Position numbers and translations under genes: made by a program. 64,000 nucleotides of DNA from Candidatus Latescibacterota bacterium (GTDB taxonomy: Bacteria; Latescibacterota; UBA2968; UBA8231): contig OZ241867.1 of NCBI GenBank assembly GCA_965203175.1, positions 2,688,001-2,752,000 on the forward strand. The letters are read 5' to 3'. Positions 58,207 through 64,000 of the stretch are shown here, piece after piece (the stretch's first letter is position 1; every line of letters begins with the position of its first letter). The notes under the pieces are model-generated. The model had not been told where the DNA came from. It worked only from the letters and a program-made list of their open reading frames with translations, and made no database searches.

Positions 58207-58971
58207 ATGCACGCCTTTCAACCCTACGCTTCTTTGGAACGCTACATTGGCCGCCGCCTCTTGGCGGTACTGGCCGCGCTGGCCCTAACCGACGTTGCCA
58301 TTGTGCTGAGCGCGTCGCTGAGTACCGCCTTGATGAGTACGGCGTCCGGGGCCGACGTGGTTCGCGCCCGTGCCATTGAGATCCTCAACGACGAGGGCCA
58401 ACCCGTATTCGTAGCTACGGCTGACGAGCGCCAGAATGGCGCTTTGTGGGTGGGAGCTGGTCGCGGCCAGGGTGGGGTTAGCCTCAGTAGCGACGCGGCT
58501 GGCCACGGCTTGCTCGTGGTCAACACGGCTACTGGCGCGCCGCTGGTCTCGCTTGTAAGTAGCGATCAAGAGGGGGGTGCGTTACAGGTGTACAACGCCG
58601 CGGGTGAGCAGTTGGCGTACCTAGGCGCGAGCGCGGTTGGCAGTGGCCACTTGGCCCTGCGGAGCGCGGTTGGCAATTTGCTCATCGCTGCGGGTGAAGA
58701 TGAAGGCAGTGGCTTGCTGATGGCCAACAATGCCGCAGGCGTCAACATCTTCCTCGCTGGTGCTGATTCGTTGCAAAATGGCGGTCTGCTGATCAATAGC
58801 CGCACCGGCGAGAACCTGATCTACGCGGGTGCGGGTGCGGGCGGCAACGGCGGCTTGCACGTCAACGCCGCGAATGGAACTCACCTCGTCTTCTTGGGGG
58901 CCGATGGGCAGCGCAACGGTGCGGTGGGGATTTGGGACCGCAATGGCGCGGGCAGTGTCTTACAGAAGTAG
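58207..58971 (+). CDS. Membrane-anchored hypothetical protein with about 24-aa Gly-rich repeats
   Basis: One TM segment then repeats like GGALQVYNAAGEQLAYLGA; RBS GAGGAG. Confidence 0.7.
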   Translation: MHAFQPYASLERYIGRRLLAVLAALALTDVAIVLSASLSTALMSTASGADVVRARAIEILNDEGQPVFVATADERQNGALWVGAGRGQGGVSLSSDAAGHGLLVVNTATGAPLVSLVSSDQEGGALQVYNAAGEQLAYLGASAVGSGHLALRSAVGNLLIAAGEDEGSGLLMANNAAGVNIFLAGADSLQNGGLLINSRTGENLIYAGAGAGGNGGLHVNAANGTHLVFLGADGQRNGAVGIWDRNGAGSVLQK

Positions 58972-59003
58972 CGTTTGAATCCACTCTAAGGGCAGGGCGA
59001 ACT

Positions 59004-61349
59004 ATGGATTACAGCGACCGATGCCTTGGGCGATCCGTCTTATTCACGGGGTGTGTGGTTGTTTGCGCCATTTTCAGCGTATCCCCGGCAAGTGCCGACG
59101 AGCTTCGCTTTGCCTCCCGCCGCGACTGGCAGGCTTGGCCGCTGCCCGGCACGGTCGAGTTGACCCCGCAGGGTGCCCTCAAGCCCATCGCTGCCCGCCG
59201 CAATATCAATGCAGCCCTCAATGCCTCGGCTTTTGGCGGCGGCATCCGCCGCGCTGGTTCCAACCTACGAGACGCGCCGTTGGTCATGGATGGCGATCTT
59301 TCCACTGGCTGGCACCCGCGTCTGGACGATCCCCCCGAAAGCTGGAACATTGAAGTCGATTTGGGCCGAGGCGTCTCCGCCCGCCGCGTCAAGCTAATCT
59401 TCGATCCCCAAGGACCGGCTCCAGCGCTTTTTGACTTGCTGCTTTCCACTGGTGAACACGCCGTTGACGAGGTCGATAATCCTATCGCCGGAACAGTCAT
59501 CTATCGCCAGCGCGAGCGATTCAAGGAGAACACTCGCCACGAGATCACCTATGAACTCGACCAGGCTTTCCACACACCGATCCAGTACGTGCGCTTGGAT
59601 CTGCTCGCCCTCGAACCAAATACCCGCCTTCTCGAAGTCGAGGTCGAAGCGCTGGGCGACAATCTGGCCTTGGGGACGCTCGAACGCGGTGGCAACCTCG
59701 AAGTCGTTCTCGATGCGTTTGTCACCCAAGACCTCATTCCGCTGGGCAACGCCCGAGTGCTCATTGACGGCGACCTTTCTACCCGCTGGTTCGTGCGGCG
59801 CACCATCCAAGCCGAGCGCGACGTCTTTTCGCACATCGTCCTCGACTTAGGGGCCACCTACTTTGTCGATAAACTCAAAATCGTCGGCGGCGTAGTTGCC
59901 CGGCCCGGCGGCGGCATCACCGGTGGCAGCGGTCGGTTCGTCGACTTCTTCGTCACCCTGCGCTCCTTTGGGTTCAACTTTTACGAGGTGCTCGGTTCCG
60001 ACGGTTCCTTGGCACCCGATGGCACTCTGATCTGGCAGAAGTACTATTCCGGCACTGCTAACGAATACGTCAAAAAAGTAACCGGTGTCGCCACCCATGA
60101 GTTCGGGCTGGTGCCCACTCGCTTTATCCGGGTGCTGTGGAAGAGCTGGGACGCGAGCAATCGCTGGGTCTTCCGGGGTTTCGCCGAGGAGCTTCAGGTA
60201 TTCGGCGAGGGCTTTCCGCAGAATCTGGAATTTCGCTCGCACATCATGGACTTCCAAAGTCCTAAAAGCCTCAATGCCCTATCTTGGGAGGCCGACATCC
60301 CGCCGGGCACCCGGCTGGAACTACGCAGCCGCTCCGGCAACGAGGTCGAAAATTTACTCACTTACTACGACAAAAACGGCAAGGAAGTCACCAAGAGGCG
60401 CTACGACAAGCTGATTTCCAGCTTCAAAGGGCCTATTGACACCTCCCGAGTCATCGGCGGGGACTGGAGTGCGTGGAGCAAGCTCTACGCTTTCTCCGGT
60501 CAGGAGTTCCAGTCGCCCTCGCCACGGCGCTATGCGCAGATCCAGATGCGGATGGTCACCGAAGATCCAGCGGTGGCACTTCAACTCGACGAGCTCAGCA
60601 TTGCATTTAGCGACCCTTTATCCCAGCAGGCCGTCAGTGAAATTTTCCCGACCCAAGTCCTGCCGGGCGAGGAAACTGAGTTCCGCTTCTTCTTGCGCCC
60701 GCGCGAGACCAAGGCATCTGGGTTCGACCGCCTCGTCTTGAAGACGCCGACGCCGACGCGCTTTATCCGCGCTTTGGTCAACGACGAGCCTGTGGAGGTC
60801 ACAGACCAGCCGGTGGAAGCTGGGTTTGCGGTGACCTTCCCCCAGCCGCTGCGCGACGACGATCTCGTCGAATTGCGCTTTGCCGCCCAAGTCTTCCAGC
60901 AGTCCACTCCCTTCGTCCTTTTCATCCAAGACGCGCGCACTGAGGACGCCAGCCGCCAGCGCGTCGATCCTGGGGATGCTACGGACCAAGTTGCCAGCAG
61001 TACCAACGTCGTCGCCCTGCCCGTCGCCCGCGACCTTCTGCTCAACGTCGTCTTCGACACCGCAGTGCTGACGCCCAACGGCGACGGCATAAACGACGGG
61101 CTGGCCATCCGCGCCGACGTGATCAACATCCTCGAACCGCGCCCTTGGCACCTGCGGCTCTACGACCTGGCCGGACGCGCACTCGTCGAGCGTTCGCAAG
61201 CTGTTACTGCGGGTGCTCAGGATTTCACTTGGGATGGCCGCGATCAAGCAAAGCAACTGGTGCCGCCCGGCCTCTATTTGCTCGAACTCCACCTCGATGG
61301 AGACGCCCATCAGCAGCGTATCCGGCGCGTGGTTTCAGTGGTGTATTGA
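59004..61349 (+). CDS. Secreted discoidin-like / FlgD-Ig domain protein (paralogue B)
   Basis: Shares motifs with 53478..55784; TPNGDG, WDGRD..VPPGLY. Confidence 0.8.
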   Translation: MDYSDRCLGRSVLFTGCVVVCAIFSVSPASADELRFASRRDWQAWPLPGTVELTPQGALKPIAARRNINAALNASAFGGGIRRAGSNLRDAPLVMDGDLSTGWHPRLDDPPESWNIEVDLGRGVSARRVKLIFDPQGPAPALFDLLLSTGEHAVDEVDNPIAGTVIYRQRERFKENTRHEITYELDQAFHTPIQYVRLDLLALEPNTRLLEVEVEALGDNLALGTLERGGNLEVVLDAFVTQDLIPLGNARVLIDGDLSTRWFVRRTIQAERDVFSHIVLDLGATYFVDKLKIVGGVVARPGGGITGGSGRFVDFFVTLRSFGFNFYEVLGSDGSLAPDGTLIWQKYYSGTANEYVKKVTGVATHEFGLVPTRFIRVLWKSWDASNRWVFRGFAEELQVFGEGFPQNLEFRSHIMDFQSPKSLNALSWEADIPPGTRLELRSRSGNEVENLLTYYDKNGKEVTKRRYDKLISSFKGPIDTSRVIGGDWSAWSKLYAFSGQEFQSPSPRRYAQIQMRMVTEDPAVALQLDELSIAFSDPLSQQAVSEIFPTQVLPGEETEFRFFLRPRETKASGFDRLVLKTPTPTRFIRALVNDEPVEVTDQPVEAGFAVTFPQPLRDDDLVELRFAAQVFQQSTPFVLFIQDARTEDASRQRVDPGDATDQVASSTNVVALPVARDLLLNVVFDTAVLTPNGDGINDGLAIRADVINILEPRPWHLRLYDLAGRALVERSQAVTAGAQDFTWDGRDQAKQLVPPGLYLLELHLDGDAHQQRIRRVVSVVY

Positions 61350-61370
61350 ACTTTCCTTTAGTAAAAGAGT

Positions 61371-62750
61371 CTAGCGCGTCCGATAGCGCCGCCAGCCGCT
61401 GCGCTCTACTCGCCAGCCGAGCGCGTCGAGGTAGGTCGCGCGGATCTGTTCGATGTGGCGGGTATGGGCTGCGGCCTTTTCTTCGCTAAAGGCGTAGTGG
61501 CGCAGGCGTTCGGGATCGAGTTCGACGCCCAGTCCTGGTCCCTTGGGCACGGCGAGGAACCCTTGGTCGTAGGCCATCTTGCCACCGCAGATCACGTCGT
61601 CGGCCCACTGGTTGTAATGCGCGTCGATCGCGTGCGCCGAGAAGGGCGGGAAGGCGCGGTCCCGTCCCCAGACGATGTGATAGGGCATCTCGTAGGGAAA
61701 GGTGAAGGCGGCAATGTGCAGGCGGATCGCCATCGCCGGTCCCAATTCATACGCGCTGTGCATGCCGATTCCCATGCCCAGAAAGCGCGCCGCGTCGTAG
61801 TAGCGCTTGAGCGCCAGCGGCCCCGCGTAGGCGTCGGGAGCGGAAATGTCGGCCGGTTGCCAGCGGCGCAGTGCGTCCAGATCCAACTCCGCGTCTAGGG
61901 CATCGTCGCCGTAGCGGCCCTTGGGGCTGGGATGCGGTACTAGCGGCGGCAGCCAAGCGTGCGACGAAATCGGTATGGAGCTCAACAGTCGCAGGCGATG
62001 ACCAGCGCGGAAGATGTGAGCGAAACGCCCGCCCACTGGTTCCTCAATCCACTCCAGATGGTAGTCCTCGACCTCGCGCATAAAGCGCAGCGCCTGCGCC
62101 TCGCCCCAAGAAGCGTGTGGATCGACGCGAATGTCCACGTCCGATCCCACGGCCGCGCGGATGTTGCACACCAATTCCACATAGTGCGGCGGCTCAAAAT
62201 CGCACATCGAGAGCTTGATGTTTTGGAAGCCGTGGGTGCGGATAATTTCCTGCACGTAGGAGGGGTAACTCTCAAAGGTGACGGCGTTTTCGCCGTTGAG
62301 GTCGGGGAAGCGATACCAAGTGTAGGCCGACATGGGCACGCGCTCTGCCAAGGGGGTTTCCAGTGCGAAGCATTCGTGCAAGTACTGGCCCAACGGTCGG
62401 TTGGCGATTTTGCCGATTAGGTCCCAGTAGGCCAGACCCATATCGGCGCGGATGCTTGGATCAAAAGGATTTTTGCCCAGGGCGTTGCCCTTTAATTCTT
62501 CGGCGTCCGCATTGGCTCCCTCGGCAATGCCGACCAAGCCTTTATCGGTCTCAAACTCGGCGAAGGTAAAACTCTCGGCCGAGCCATCCCAGCGCTTGGT
62601 TCCAACCCAAGGCATTAGCACCCGGAAGACGCGCACGTCGCGGATGGTGTGCCCGGCTGCAAGACCTTCGTCTTGGATGCGCTGCTCGACGGCTTTGGCT
62701 TGGGCGACGGTCTCGCGGTCGAATTCGGCTAACTCTGCTATGGGATCCAT
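61371..62750 (-). CDS. Enolase-superfamily protein (glucarate dehydratase-like)
   Basis: AYWDLIGK, RVDPHASW, WIEEP, GMHS, GPGLGVELD. Confidence 0.82.
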   Translation of the reverse strand: MDPIAELAEFDRETVAQAKAVEQRIQDEGLAAGHTIRDVRVFRVLMPWVGTKRWDGSAESFTFAEFETDKGLVGIAEGANADAEELKGNALGKNPFDPSIRADMGLAYWDLIGKIANRPLGQYLHECFALETPLAERVPMSAYTWYRFPDLNGENAVTFESYPSYVQEIIRTHGFQNIKLSMCDFEPPHYVELVCNIRAAVGSDVDIRVDPHASWGEAQALRFMREVEDYHLEWIEEPVGGRFAHIFRAGHRLRLLSSIPISSHAWLPPLVPHPSPKGRYGDDALDAELDLDALRRWQPADISAPDAYAGPLALKRYYDAARFLGMGIGMHSAYELGPAMAIRLHIAAFTFPYEMPYHIVWGRDRAFPPFSAHAIDAHYNQWADDVICGGKMAYDQGFLAVPKGPGLGVELDPERLRHYAFSEEKAAAHTRHIEQIRATYLDALGWRVERSGWRRYRTR

Positions 62751-62937
62751 GTGGCGTTTTCTCCGGTGTAATGGTAGTCGGCTAGTACTAATCCTACTTC
62801 TCTAGGCGTCAAAGAAGGCGGAGGATCTGAATCTACGCAGACGTGCTTTTTCTCTGCAACCGATATAGGGATGCCCTTGCTCTACTCGGATTCGGCGGAG
62901 TATATTGACGCCCTTAATGTAAAGGAGAACCAACGAC

Positions 62938-63972
62938 TTGATCGATTCTATAGACCTCTTTGAGAGCGGCACCCAAGGCTACCACACCTTTCGCATCCCA
63001 GCCCTGATTACCACGCTCACCGGTACGGTGCTTGCCTTTTGCGAGGGCCGCAAAAACGCCCGCGGCGATACCGGCGACATCGACATGCTGCTGCGGCGCA
63101 GCGACGACGGCGGGCAGACGTTTGCTCCCTTTGAGCTGGTGTGGGACGACGGCCCGAACACCTGCGGCAATCCCTGTCCGGTGATCGATGCCCGCACGGG
63201 TGCGATTTCTCTACTGATGACGCACAACCTCGGCTATGACCACGAGCCCGAGATCATCGACCAAACGAGCGAGGGCACTCGCACCGTGTGGCTGACGCGC
63301 AGCGAGGACGACGGACGCACTTGGTCGCTTCCGGTGGAGATCACGTCCGTAGCGAAGCAACCTAACTGGACTTGGTACGCCACCGGCCCAGGCGCTGGCA
63401 TCCAGCTAGCCACCGGTCGGCTCGTCGTTCCCTGCGACCACATTGAAGCGGGCACCAAGAAATACTACTCGCACGTCTTGCTCAGCGACGATGGCGGCCA
63501 AAGCTGGCGGCTCGGCGGCTCGACCCCGCAAGATCAAGTCAACGAGTGCGAAGTTGTCGAGCTGCAGGACGGCCGTCTGTTGCTCAACATGCGCAACTAC
63601 GACCCAAGTATCCGCGCCCGCGCTTTTTCGTTTAGCGACGATGGCGGTCAGAGTTGGTCGTCTATAGCGCGCGATCCCGTCCTCGTCGAGCCGATCTGCC
63701 AGGCCAGCATCCGCCGGGTCGGCACTAGCGTGCTCTTTTCCAACCCCGCCAGCAGTGAGGGCCGCCAGAACATGACTGTGCGGCTCAGCGACGACGAAGG
63801 CCAAACGTGGGCCTGCGCCCGCGTTTTACACCCTGGTCCATCAGCGTACTCCTGTCTGGCCGCCTTGCCCGATGGTCGCGCCGCCTGTCTTTATGAATGC
63901 GGTGCCGAGCATCCCTATGAGCGCTTGATCCTGGCCCGCTTCTCGCTGGACTGGGTGCGCGCCACGTCCTGA
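62938..63972 (+). CDS. Exo-alpha-sialidase (GH33)
   Basis: FRIP motif, Asp boxes [29 protein letters not shown]. Confidence 0.92.
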   Translation: MIDSIDLFESGTQGYHTFRIPALITTLTGTVLAFCEGRKNARGDTGDIDMLLRRSDDGGQTFAPFELVWDDGPNTCGNPCPVIDARTGAISLLMTHNLGYDHEPEIIDQTSEGTRTVWLTRSEDDGRTWSLPVEITSVAKQPNWTWYATGPGAGIQLATGRLVVPCDHIEAGTKKYYSHVLLSDDGGQSWRLGGSTPQDQVNECEVVELQDGRLLLNMRNYDPSIRARAFSFSDDGGQSWSSIARDPVLVEPICQASIRRVGTSVLFSNPASSEGRQNMTVRLSDDEGQTWACARVLHPGPSAYSCLAALPDGRAACLYECGAEHPYERLILARFSLDWVRATS

Positions 63973-63980
63973 GGAATTTT

Positions 63981-64000
63981 ATGAAAATCACCGACATCCG
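63981..64000 (+). CDS. Start of next gene, possibly another enolase-family protein
   Basis: RBS GAGGA then MKITDI; only 20 bp visible. Confidence 0.4.

Overview
A 64-kb, GC-rich, gene-dense bacterial chromosome segment. FlgD-Ig-terminated secreted proteins, DUF6785-like membrane paralogues, a C-terminal 'AVEQTSWGRVK' motif, the futalosine pathway, a sialidase and several enolases suggest Ca. Latescibacterota/Handelsmanbacteria or a related, possibly sponge-associated lineage (inference). Order of content: (1) M16 protease, sugar kinase, dehydrogenase, double-SBP MltF; (2) a ZraS/ZraR-like two-component pair convergent with a sigma54-driven operon for a Spy/CpxP-like protein, a DxDxDG repeat protein and an outer-membrane barrel; (3) TRAP transporter, rpiA, GNAT, fused IOR, and def carrying an in-frame nested palindrome; (4) amtB-glnK-porin-glnA preceded by a GAF-type NifA-like activator, with sigma54 promoters and repeated ACA-N4-TGT boxes and no nif genes in the window; (5) an orphan sigma54 response regulator and a sigma54 promoter upstream of a sigma70-family gene; (6) menG-mqnE-mqnC-mqnA-mqnP; (7) a collapsed defence island in which a SIR2 gene and an OLD/AAA ATPase gene are both cut by one IS5/IS903-group element lacking a target duplication, plus an hsdS relic; (8) GGT, two tandem membrane paralogues, CotH, FG-GAP, acylase, two paralogous discoidin/FlgD proteins, enolases and a sialidase. 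I recognised no rRNA, tRNA or CRISPR array. All product calls come from motif recognition, not database searches.
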